Below, piece by piece: positions 29,337-37,895 of a stretch of DNA of 64,000 nucleotides. A program made the position numbers and the translations under genes. The notes under the pieces were generated by a model that saw only the letters and a list, made by a program, of their open reading frames with translations, searched no databases and was not told where the DNA came from. This stretch comes from an uncultured bacterium (lineage in GTDB: Bacteria > Auribacterota > Erginobacteria > Erginobacterales > Erginobacteraceae): positions 32,001 through 96,000 of the forward strand of contig CAWGIE010000026.1 in NCBI GenBank assembly GCA_963822585.1, written 5' to 3'. Numbering within the stretch: the first letter of the stretch is position 1; every line of letters begins with the position of its first letter.

Positions 29337-30294
29337 GGGGTCGGACCAGAGTATCTACTTGCATTGTAATGCGTTATCTATAAAATAGGCATCATATAAG
29401 GCCTTAGCGGCGTTTTTCGGGCCTATTTTCAGCTTCTAACGAGAATTCCCTGAAGCCATGCCTAGAGCTAACCGTTACATGTTGTCCCGCCAGCTTTACC
29501 ATGTCACGCATCGTTGCCACGATCGGTCCTATCTTTTACGCTTTGTACGAGATCGCGATATATACCGAGAATGGTTGCGTAAAGGATCTATTCGCTATGG
29601 CGTCTCAATTCTTGGCTATTGTCTAACTTCAAACCATATTCATCTGGTAGTCTATGCCGAACAAAAGGATGCAATAAGTCAACTGATGCAGCTTGTTGAA
29701 GGATGCGTAGCCCAGCAGTACAATCTTCGGAAGGAAAGAAAAGGTGCCTTCTGGGAGGACCGTTTCCACTGTACGCTCATCGACACCGGCAGGTATTTCT
29801 GGAATTGCCTGACCTATATTGATCTCAACATGGTAAGGGCCGGTGTGATCTTACACCCGAAAAATTGGGAGTGGTGTGGCTATCGGGAATTGATGGGGGT
29901 GAGAAAACGATACCGAATTCTCAATCTCCCGCTGCTGATAGAAAAGAGTGGTGCGGCTAACATCGAAGAGGTGCGAGATAAATATCACATGATGCTGACA
30001 CATTATTTGAGTGAGGGCATCGCGGAGCGGGAACCTCAGTGGACTGAGAGCCTTGCTGTGGGGAGTAAGTCTTTTATAGATTCTATTAAGGAACGTTTTT
30101 CATCAATAAGAAACTCTCTTCTTGAGGAAGAGACATCTTCAAGATCCGGTTCTCTCTGGTCAATCAGGGAAGATCGGGCGACATTTTATCCTTAAAAGCT
30201 GTTTTGCCCCTTGAAAATCGCTTCTAAAGGCCTAAATAGGGCTTAAAAATTGTTTTATTCATTGAGCATCAAGGAGTTATTATGGTCCGACCCC
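29337..30294. mobile_element. RAYT element bounded by 12-bp perfect inverted repeats
   Basis: GGGGTCGGACCA (29337-29348) and TGGTCCGACCCC (30283-30294); interior visibly more AT-rich than the flanks. Confidence 0.75.
29458..30195 (+). CDS. rayT: REP-associated tyrosine transposase (Y1/HUH family)
   Basis: 'MPR..R', 'YHVTHR', HUH 'NHIHL', 'G.FWEDRF', catalytic Tyr 'YIDLNMVRAG', 'W.W.GY'. Confidence 0.9.
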   Translation: MPRANRYMLSRQLYHVTHRCHDRSYLLRFVRDRDIYREWLRKGSIRYGVSILGYCLTSNHIHLVVYAEQKDAISQLMQLVEGCVAQQYNLRKERKGAFWEDRFHCTLIDTGRYFWNCLTYIDLNMVRAGVILHPKNWEWCGYRELMGVRKRYRILNLPLLIEKSGAANIEEVRDKYHMMLTHYLSEGIAEREPQWTESLAVGSKSFIDSIKERFSSIRNSLLEEETSSRSGSLWSIREDRATFYP

Positions 30295-31544
30295 GACTAA
30301 TCATAATGGCGGCGGCCTTGATGTTTATCGCGGTCTTGGCCCAGGCCGCACCCACCCCCGTTCCCCCCGGCGATCTTTACCGGGAAGGATACCTTCTTTT
30401 TCAGAAGGCCGAACAGGCCTTTCAACGGGGAGAATTTGCTGAGGCCGAGGCTCGTTACCGGAGCGCGGCCGATTATTTTACCGCCATCCGCGAGCAGTCT
30501 CCGGAATGGTCGGCGGATTCTGTAGAAAGCCGGCTGGAGAGATGTCGTCTCCGGTTGGCCGATTCAGAGTCGGCCCGGACCGAAGAGGAGTCCTGGCGGA
30601 AGCCTCTCCGGGTTCATTTTATCGACGTGGGGCAGGGGGACTGCGAGTTAATTCAGTGCCCCTCCGGGGAGACGATTCTTATCGACGGGGGCCGGGTCTG
30701 GGTCTATTCCTTCCTGATCGATTATCTTCACCGCGCCGGGGTGAAGAAGATTGACCTTCTGATCGTCACCCACCCTCACGGCGATCACTTCGGAGGCGTG
30801 ATCGATGTACTGGACACTTTCCCGGTCACTACTCTTCTCGACTCGGGCAAGGAGGACACCACCGAGCATTACGCGCGGTACCTGCGGACGGTCAAAAACC
30901 ATGACGATATCCTTTTTCGCCTGGCTCGGGCCGGGGATCGGTTCTCTTTCGGTGAGGTACAGCTCCTGATCCTTCACCCGTCTGCCCGCCTTCTTGAATC
31001 CCCCAACAACTGCTCGATCGTCGTCAAGCTGATGTATGGGGATGAAAGCTTTCTCTTCACCGGGGATGCCGAAGAGGAGGCGGAGATGGAGATGATCAGC
31101 CGGGGGGCTAACCTGAAAAGCACGGTGCTGAAAGTCGGACACCACGGTTCGCGGACCTCGACCAGTTCCTCTTTCCTGTCCCGGGTCGCTCCCCGGGAAG
31201 CGGTGATCGAAGTGGGGGAGAATAACAGTTACGGGCACCCGACCGAGCAGGTGCTCCGGCGCCTGGAAATGCGCGGGATCAAGATTTATCGGACCGACCG
31301 CGACGGGTCGGTCCTTTTTCTGAGTAACGGCCGGGACCACCGGGTGGAGTTTCCGGGAAAGGCCGTCTACCCTGAATACGATATCCCGGATGACCGTGTC
31401 GGCAAAGTGGCCGCCAACCGGCAGACCCTTATCTATTATCCCCCCCGTTCCGCCTACGCCCGGCGGATACCGCCGGAAGACCGGGAATATTTCGATACCG
31501 CCACCGCCGCGGAAGCGGCCGGGTATCGGCGGTGGTGGTATTGA
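30282..31544 (+). CDS. Exported ComEC-like metallo-beta-lactamase-fold nuclease with N-terminal TPR-like helices and C-terminal Ada-like small domain
   Basis: 'FIDVGQGD', 'THPHGDHFGG', 'LFTGD', 'LKVGHHGS', 'YGHP', 'YRTD'. Confidence 0.9.
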   Translation: MVRPRLIIMAAALMFIAVLAQAAPTPVPPGDLYREGYLLFQKAEQAFQRGEFAEAEARYRSAADYFTAIREQSPEWSADSVESRLERCRLRLADSESARTEEESWRKPLRVHFIDVGQGDCELIQCPSGETILIDGGRVWVYSFLIDYLHRAGVKKIDLLIVTHPHGDHFGGVIDVLDTFPVTTLLDSGKEDTTEHYARYLRTVKNHDDILFRLARAGDRFSFGEVQLLILHPSARLLESPNNCSIVVKLMYGDESFLFTGDAEEEAEMEMISRGANLKSTVLKVGHHGSRTSTSSSFLSRVAPREAVIEVGENNSYGHPTEQVLRRLEMRGIKIYRTDRDGSVLFLSNGRDHRVEFPGKAVYPEYDIPDDRVGKVAANRQTLIYYPPRSAYARRIPPEDREYFDTATAAEAAGYRRWWY

Positions 31545-31565
31545 TATTTTTCCCGCGGAAAGATA

Positions 31566-32561
31566 TCATTGATCAGTTGCCGGTATCCCCTCTTCTTTCG
31601 TATCCGTTTCACCCTTCCCCGCGAATAATGATCTGGTGAATTTCCCGGTCCAGAAGAGGCCCAGAACCGCCGGGAAGAGATACTCGACCAGGGAAAAGAT
31701 CAAGGCCGCCCCCAGGACGGCGCCGGCGGAAAGGCGGGTGAAGGACGGTATCAGTTCGACCAAACTGCCCTCCCGGAGACCGATCCCCAGAAAGGTGACC
31801 GGAATGGTGGAGATAAGGATGGAGAAGGGGAGGATAACGACATAGACTACCGGCGTCATGATGAGCCCAAAAGAGCGGCTGATCAGGAAGAAGGTGAGGA
31901 GCTTCCCGCTCTGGATGACCAGCGAGTAAAAGAGGATCCCCCCCAGCTGCCCCCCGGTAAAGAAGCGGTGGATTGTGAAGAAAGTCTCCAATCCTCCCCG
32001 GAGTTTGGGGCCGGGGATTTTCGAGAAAAGGCGCCTCAGCCAGCGCTGGGGGGAGGGCCGGGTCGCGATCAGGATGATGACGACGGCCAGCGCCAGGCCG
32101 GCGGCGATGAAATAAATCAGTCCGTCCAGAGACACCCCGAAGATGATCCCCCCGACAACAATGAAAAGAAGAAAGACGAGGATGTTCAGGAAAAGTTCGA
32201 TCAGGATTGATGCCGTCCCCCGGGAGAGGGAAAAGCGGCGACATCTCTTCAGGTAGATGACCCGGGAAGCCTCTCCGGTGCGGAAAGGGAGGAGGCTCTT
32301 CAACGGCGCGCTCCCCATCTTGATTAGGAAGGCTTCCCGGAAGGAGAGATCAAGTCCCAGGGGAACCAGAATTTTCTGCCACTTGATCGTGGCCAGCCAG
32401 CAATTGGTCAGAAAAGAAACCGCCAGGGCCAGGACCAGGGGGAAGGGACGGGCATGTTCTACGGCGGTCAGTACACGGGTGGTGTCGATCTTCCGGAAGA
32501 TCAGGACCAGCAGGACCACGGTCACCGCGAGACTGATAATCCATAGCAGGTTCTTTTTCAC
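31566..32561 (-). CDS. Lysylphosphatidylglycerol-synthase TM / putative flippase (AglD2-like)
   Basis: 'KWQ.IL', 'LP..TGE..RV', 'IP.T..G.G.REG'. Confidence 0.85.
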   Translation of the reverse strand: MKKNLLWIISLAVTVVLLVLIFRKIDTTRVLTAVEHARPFPLVLALAVSFLTNCWLATIKWQKILVPLGLDLSFREAFLIKMGSAPLKSLLPFRTGEASRVIYLKRCRRFSLSRGTASILIELFLNILVFLLFIVVGGIIFGVSLDGLIYFIAAGLALAVVIILIATRPSPQRWLRRLFSKIPGPKLRGGLETFFTIHRFFTGGQLGGILFYSLVIQSGKLLTFFLISRSFGLIMTPVVYVVILPFSILISTIPVTFLGIGLREGSLVELIPSFTRLSAGAVLGAALIFSLVEYLFPAVLGLFWTGKFTRSLFAGKGETDTKEEGIPATDQ

Positions 32562-32584
32562 AGGACGATTTTTAAAAGACTGTT

Positions 32585-33062
32585 TTGACAGGACGATTTC
32601 GGGACAGGACGATTATAAAAGACTGTTTTGACAAAACGTCAAAAATTAATTATTACGAATGAGGGTCTTCAAAGTGATTTCGAGTTGATTAAAGTTAATC
32701 CACTGGATTGCTTGAAGAGGTGTGTGTTGTAAGAAACGTCTGAGATGTTGTTCGTATGTGGCTTGTCCCTTTTTGATCGCGGAGATATGAATCGCCAATT
32801 CCGGGTTGAGGAGAGGCACTTTCTGTACACCGATACACTGATTATCGTCGATAATATCGATTCACCAGCGCATTCTGATATGTTTTTTCATCAAGAAGGC
32901 GCCCCATGTCGTTATAGAGATTAAAAATAATCCCCATCACCCTGTAGTCAAGTGAATGATATTCTGTTCTGCTGATCGGTATGGGTTCAACAGCGCATTG
33001 AACAGGCATGTTTGCAACATTATAGTTTATTAAATCGTCATGTCCCAAAATCGTCCTGTCAA
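32585..33062. mobile_element. Cassette with 30-bp terminal inverted repeats enclosing a GxxExxY remnant
   Basis: ttgacaggacgatttcgggacaggacgatt (32585-32614) versus aatcgtcatgtcccaaaatcgtcctgtcaa (33033-33062), 28/30 complementary. Confidence 0.7.
32646..33009 (-). pseudogene. Internally deleted, frameshifted GxxExxY-family gene
   Basis: N-part MPVQC...YHSLDYRVMG...GRLLDEKTYQNAL; C-part in another frame GVQKVPLLNPE...YEQHLRRFLQHTPLQAIQWINFN. Confidence 0.7.
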
Positions 33063-34556
33063 TTAATGTGGCAGGCGGGGGGAGCGTTGGTAGCGGGAAG
33101 TGAAGCCGGGGGCGTTCTCGTCGAAGGCCAGGAATTCCTCATCGGGCCGGGAAATGTTCTCCTGTTTGAAGACCATGTCGAGAAAGGCGAAAAACTTCCG
33201 CTTGAATTCATCGAAGGAATGAACCTGCCGGACCATCCGGAAGAGAAAGCCGGGCCGGGAATGGTAGGAGACATACGCCCACCGGGTCAACCGGTCGATC
33301 TCATCGTTGGTCAATCGGGTCCAGGGCCGGGGGAGAACCCGCTCATCGGTTTCCCCGAGAATGTATTTCTCCCAGTAATCGTAGCCGGTATCCCTGACCA
33401 GCTGCCGCCACATTCCGGTCAGCGGCTTGGCGGTCAGCTTCGAGAACTGGACGTAGTCAAGATCGAGCTTTTTCGCGAACCGCACCGTTTTCCGGACCGA
33501 TTCCCTGGTTTCGCCGGGCACGCCGACCAGAAAGAAGCCGAGCGGCCTGATCCCGGCCTCCTTGGTGAGGGCGATCGTCTCCGTGATCTGCTTGAGGGTG
33601 ATACCCTTGTTGATCCGATCCAGGATTTCCTGTGAACCAGACTCCAGGCCGTAATAGATGCGCCGGCACCCGGCCCGGTACATTGCCTCCAGAAGTTCAC
33701 CGTTGACGGTGTCCACCCGGGAACGGCAGGCCCAGGTCAGGTCAAGCTTCCTTTTCTCGAGTTCCCGGCAGATCGTCATCGTTCGTTCCCTGATCATGGG
33801 AAATTCGTAGTCGAAGATATCGATTTCCCTGATGCCGAACTTGTCATGACACTCCTGCATCTCATTGACGACGGTCAGGGGGGAGCGGGGGTTGTAGGCA
33901 GTCCGCCCGGCCTCGCAGAAAGTGCAGTGCATGGGACAACCGAGGCTGGTCACCATGACCGTGAAATTCTTCCGCTCGGTAGGAAATTCGGCATAGAGAT
34001 GATTCGGGAGGAGGTGCCGGGCGGGATTCGGAAAATCGTCGAACACGATCTTCTGGGGATGGGGAGTGACGATGACATCGGCGTTTTTTTTATACACCAG
34101 GCCGGGGACGTCGTCAAACCGGCGGCCGCCTTCCAGCTCCGCCAGGAGCGCGGGGAGGGTAAAATATGCCTGCTCCACCACCCCGAAATCAATCTCGGGC
34201 GGCGCGACGGATTGGCGGGGGTAAACCCTCAGGTTATAGCCGCCGATCAGGACCGGGATTTTCAGGTGTGTCTTTAGAAAACGTATCCACTCCAGTGTCT
34301 CGCGGAACATGTACGTCGTCATCATAAAGCCCAGGATGTCGGGTTGAAACTCCCGAAGCCGGTCCAGGGTCTCTTCTTTACTCAAACGAAGGGTCCTGGC
34401 ATCGATAATCGAGGCCGTATGGCCGGCTTTTTCCGCGATGGCGGCCGCCCAGGCAAGGCTGAGGGGAGGGAAAAGCCCGAAATATTTCTGGACGATCCTC
34501 AGGTTCTCTTCGTGGAGCTTGTATTTAAACGGATTGAAGACGAACGCTATTCTCAT
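33063..34556 (-). CDS. Cobalamin-binding-domain radical SAM protein
   Basis: 'PPLSL', CxxxCxxC 'GCPMHCTFC', 'GLESG'. Confidence 0.92.
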   Translation of the reverse strand: MRIAFVFNPFKYKLHEENLRIVQKYFGLFPPLSLAWAAAIAEKAGHTASIIDARTLRLSKEETLDRLREFQPDILGFMMTTYMFRETLEWIRFLKTHLKIPVLIGGYNLRVYPRQSVAPPEIDFGVVEQAYFTLPALLAELEGGRRFDDVPGLVYKKNADVIVTPHPQKIVFDDFPNPARHLLPNHLYAEFPTERKNFTVMVTSLGCPMHCTFCEAGRTAYNPRSPLTVVNEMQECHDKFGIREIDIFDYEFPMIRERTMTICRELEKRKLDLTWACRSRVDTVNGELLEAMYRAGCRRIYYGLESGSQEILDRINKGITLKQITETIALTKEAGIRPLGFFLVGVPGETRESVRKTVRFAKKLDLDYVQFSKLTAKPLTGMWRQLVRDTGYDYWEKYILGETDERVLPRPWTRLTNDEIDRLTRWAYVSYHSRPGFLFRMVRQVHSFDEFKRKFFAFLDMVFKQENISRPDEEFLAFDENAPGFTSRYQRSPRLPH

Positions 34557-34807
34557 ATTATAAATTAGCTCGCTGCGCTCGCAAATTTATAAGTTTTGAA
34601 CAATGACCACATTGATTCCTCCGGGGCAATGAAATTAAAGCAGATAGATTTTAACTTGGATTATCCGAAAAAATGTGAATAATCTAAATGAGTTGCTTTG
34701 CAGCTAATTTAAGAAGAACACCATACTAAATTAGCTCCGGAAAAGCTAATTTAAACTCTTGGATATTCTTTACCAAGCTATCGAACAATAATTTTTCCGG
34801 AGGAAAA

Positions 34808-34990
34808 ATGATGATTGAACTGGTTCTGGTTGTCTTTCTGTTATCGGTCGCCGTGATGGCGACCGTCATGGTAAAGGTCGGGATCAAAGCGGTCGATTTC
34901 ATGGAAGCGACCTATCGGTTTTATGAACGCCAGGACGAGGCGCAAAAACAGATAATCGAACTATTGCGGCGAGAGGACGCCTCCGCCTGA
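34808..34990 (+). CDS. Small single-TM hypothetical protein
   Basis: RBS GGAGG upstream; hydrophobic N-terminus. Confidence 0.55.
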   Translation: MMIELVLVVFLLSVAVMATVMVKVGIKAVDFMEATYRFYERQDEAQKQIIELLRREDASA

Positions 34991-35037
34991 GCCTGAACCC
35001 GGGTGCGGTCTCTTCCCGATAACTTTTTTCGGAGAAA

Positions 35038-36018
35038 ATGATAAACGTGCTCTTACCGATCAAGAAAAACGGCCGATTCGGATATGTCAATCGGGAAGCT
35101 TCCTGGGTCATCGAACCCCGGTTTGACCTTGCCTTTCCCTTTTATGAAGGGTCGGCCCTGGTTTCTCTCCCCGGAAAAACACTGACCGGCAAGACGGGCC
35201 AACGATACGGCTACATCGACGATACCGGCCGGATGGTTATCAAACCCCGATTCCGGGAAGCATTTTCTTTTTCGGAAGGACTGGCCACGGTGATTCCTCC
35301 CGGTCTCACGCGGCATCGCTGGGGATACATCGATGCCGGCGGAAAAATCATCATCCGTCCCCGATTCATGGTCACCGGGAGTTTTTTTGGCGGTCTGGCC
35401 CGGGCCTCGGAGCGAGGTCCCGTGGGTTTTATCGACCAGGAGGGGAAATTTGTTATTCCCCCCCGTTTCGATTCGGCCGGTGATTTTTCAGAGGACCTGG
35501 CGGCGGTGAAGATGGAAGGGGAGCAGAAGTGGGGGTATGTGGGACGCACGGGCGAGAGGGTGGTCCGGCCGGAATTCGATTGGGCGGAATCCTTTTCCGG
35601 GGGGCTGGCCCGGGTAAACAGCGGCGGCAAGTGGGGGTTCATTGACCGGATGGGCAGGTATCGTTGCCGTCCGGTTTTCGATTACGCGTATGATTTTTCG
35701 GAAGGACTGGCGCCGGTGGCCGTGGAGAGGACCTTCGACAAAATACTCCAGACCCGGACCGGCGGCAAGTGGGGATATATCGATCAGAACGGGAGGGGGG
35801 TCATTGACTCTCTTTACGACCGGGCTTTCCCTTTCTTCGACGGGAGAGCCCGGATTATGCTCTGTGATCGTTGGAATTACATCGATAAAAACGGGGAGCT
35901 GCTGACCGATGCCCGGTATGACGATGCCACCGATTTTCATGGGGGTATCGCCCGTGTCTGGATCGGGAAACAGCAGTTTGTCATTGATACGGAAGGCAAG
36001 ACCAGCCCGATTGTGTAA
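35038..36018 (+). CDS. WG-repeat (KWG) protein
   Basis: Repeated 'WGYID..G..VI.P.F..A..FSEGLA'. Confidence 0.92.
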   Translation: MINVLLPIKKNGRFGYVNREASWVIEPRFDLAFPFYEGSALVSLPGKTLTGKTGQRYGYIDDTGRMVIKPRFREAFSFSEGLATVIPPGLTRHRWGYIDAGGKIIIRPRFMVTGSFFGGLARASERGPVGFIDQEGKFVIPPRFDSAGDFSEDLAAVKMEGEQKWGYVGRTGERVVRPEFDWAESFSGGLARVNSGGKWGFIDRMGRYRCRPVFDYAYDFSEGLAPVAVERTFDKILQTRTGGKWGYIDQNGRGVIDSLYDRAFPFFDGRARIMLCDRWNYIDKNGELLTDARYDDATDFHGGIARVWIGKQQFVIDTEGKTSPIV

Positions 36019-36182
36019 AACTGAACGTCCAACGTCGAACGTCGAACGGGAAAACGCAAAGCGGAGAGGGCAGAGCGCATTGAGCCCGGGGATGCAGTGA
36101 TCAGTAATCGGTGATCAGTGATCAGTGGCGAGGGAAAAAACTGAACGTTCAACGTCGAACGTTCAACGTCCAACGTCGAACG
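36017..36182. repeat. Mosaic of heptamer repeats (T(C/T)(C/G)AACG twice, plus an ATCAGT arm)
   Basis: aaaactgaacgtccaacgtcgaacgtcgaacg; cagtgatcagtaatcggtgatcagtgatcagt; aaaaactgaacgttcaacgtcgaacgttcaacgtccaacgtcgaacg. Confidence 0.8.
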
Positions 36183-36381
36183 ACAGAAGCAGAGACCACC
36201 AATCCTATTTAATCACATTCAATCGTCTGCCCCGCCCCGAGGTTTTAATCAGGGTTTCAAAAAGGGGGTGAGGCGGGGGGCTTTTGTGAATTTTGCGTCT
36301 TTTTGCGGCTAAAAAAAGGGGCGCGGCGGGGGTTTCTTTTGTAAATTGTGCTTTGTTGCGGCTGATGAAGGGAGGGAGAAG

Positions 36382-37242
36382 ATGACGATCAGGGAGAGAG
36401 TGCTGCCCCCGGGCTGGTACCCGGGGAGTGCCGGGGAGACACGGGAGGCTATCGAGAGATTTCTGCGGGATATCGGGGGACCTCCCCCGGAGGGAAAGAT
36501 GACGGGGATCGCGGGGATCGCCCCCCACGCCGGATGGGAATTCTCGGGGCGGTGCGCCCTGGCGGTTCTCCTGCGCCTCCGCCAGCCGGTGGATACCGTC
36601 GTGGTAGTGGGAGGACATCTGGGGCCCTCGTCCGGCCTCCTGGCCGCTTCCGAGGCGGGGTACGAGACTCCCCTGGGAACGATCGAGGCGGATCTGCCGC
36701 TCCTGGAAAAGATCGGCAGCTATTGCGGGACCCCTCTCCGGGAAGACCGCCACCCCGATAACACGGTCGAGGTTCAGCTGCCCTTCATCAAGTATCTCTT
36801 CCCGCCGAGCCGGGCTCTTTACCTTCGGAGCGCTCCTTCAGCCGCCGCCGTGGATCTCGGCCGGGCGATAAAAGAAGCCGCCGACGAACTGGGGCGGAAG
36901 GTCGTCGTCCTCGGTTCGACCGACCTGACCCATTACGGCAGCAACTACGGTTTCTCCCCGGCTGGAAGGGGAGAAAAAGCGGTCGCCTGGGTCAAGGAAG
37001 TCAACGACCGCGAATTTGTCAACAACCTGCTGGCCCTGGATGCCGAGGGCGCTCTTCGCCACGCCGGGGCAAACCAATCGGCCTGTTCCGCGGGCGGTGC
37101 CGCCGCCGCCGTTTCCTTCGCCCGGGAGTCGGGGGTCAAACAGGGAGAACTGATCGATTATTTCACCAGTTACGACATTTATCCGAACGAGTCGTTCGTC
37201 GGCTATGCGGGGATAGTATACGAAATGACGAAGTCAGAATGA
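36382..37242 (+). CDS. amrB: AmmeMemoRadiSam system protein B (MEMO1 family)
   Basis: 'GWYP', 'APHAGW.FSG', 'TPLG', 'EVQLPF', 'STDLTHYG', 'VGYAG'. Confidence 0.9.
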   Translation: MTIRERVLPPGWYPGSAGETREAIERFLRDIGGPPPEGKMTGIAGIAPHAGWEFSGRCALAVLLRLRQPVDTVVVVGGHLGPSSGLLAASEAGYETPLGTIEADLPLLEKIGSYCGTPLREDRHPDNTVEVQLPFIKYLFPPSRALYLRSAPSAAAVDLGRAIKEAADELGRKVVVLGSTDLTHYGSNYGFSPAGRGEKAVAWVKEVNDREFVNNLLALDAEGALRHAGANQSACSAGGAAAAVSFARESGVKQGELIDYFTSYDIYPNESFVGYAGIVYEMTKSE

Positions 37243-37374
37243 CGAAACCCGAATGAAATCATAATAACAAATAACTGAATTCCCAATTTTCCTTCCGACT
37301 ATGCGACGTGGACCGCCGGAGCACATTTCGTCATTAAACATTCGGTTTTCCTCATTCTTTCGTCATTCGTCATT
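37224..37374. repeat. Inverted-repeat element (AATGACGAA family)
   Basis: aatgacgaagtcagaatgacgaaacccgaatga ... ttcgtcatt...cattcggttt...ttcgtcattcgtcatt. Confidence 0.7.
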
Positions 37375-37389
37375 TTTAACCCGAGATGA

Positions 37390-37644
37390 TCAAAGATCAT
37401 TTTTCGGGTCGGATCTCTTCATTTGTGATCTTTCCAGCAGCTCTTCCTGAAGCCGCTTCATCTTCTCCCGCTGGGCGGCTTCCGCTTCCGGGTTGGCTTC
37501 GATAACGAAGTTAAGAATGCTGCCGTCATGGACGCCTTCCGGGAGAAACTCAACCGGCCAGATGAAATCTCCCGCCACCCCCTCGATCTCGAGAACGGCC
37601 AGAGATCCGTCCTCGATCCGGTCGATCACCACGCGAAGTTTCAT
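37390..37644 (-). CDS. DUF3006 family protein
   Basis: 'VIDRIEDG.LAVLE', 'LPEG...G..L', C-terminal helix; RBS GGAGG. Confidence 0.85.
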   Translation of the reverse strand: MKLRVVIDRIEDGSLAVLEIEGVAGDFIWPVEFLPEGVHDGSILNFVIEANPEAEAAQREKMKRLQEELLERSQMKRSDPKNDL

Positions 37645-37670
37645 GAGTTCACCTCCCAAAAAATGATTAT

Positions 37671-37886
37671 AACCACGAAGGACACGAAGAACACGAAGGA
37701 TAATAGAAAAGGAGACAGCCCAATTATTTGTCACGCCTTGAAACTTTTGCTGACGTTATAAGAAAAGGAAATTGTGTTGAGACAGTGTGTCCCGGACAAA
37801 ATGAATCAAACGATGAATTATATGTCGGAGTAACTCAAATCTTTTTAAATATTTTTCTTCGTGCTCTTCGTGTCCTTCGTGGTTTT
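37671..37886. repeat. Inverted pair of nonamer repeats (AACCACGAAG family)
   Basis: aaccacgaaggacacgaagaacacgaag ... cttcgtgctcttcgtgtccttcgtggtt. Confidence 0.85.
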
Positions 37887-37895
37887 AAAAAGATA

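Noticed and set aside
29458..30195. IS200/IS605 element with TnpB or IscB
   Set aside because: No RuvC-nuclease gene adjacent; length and motifs fit RAYT.
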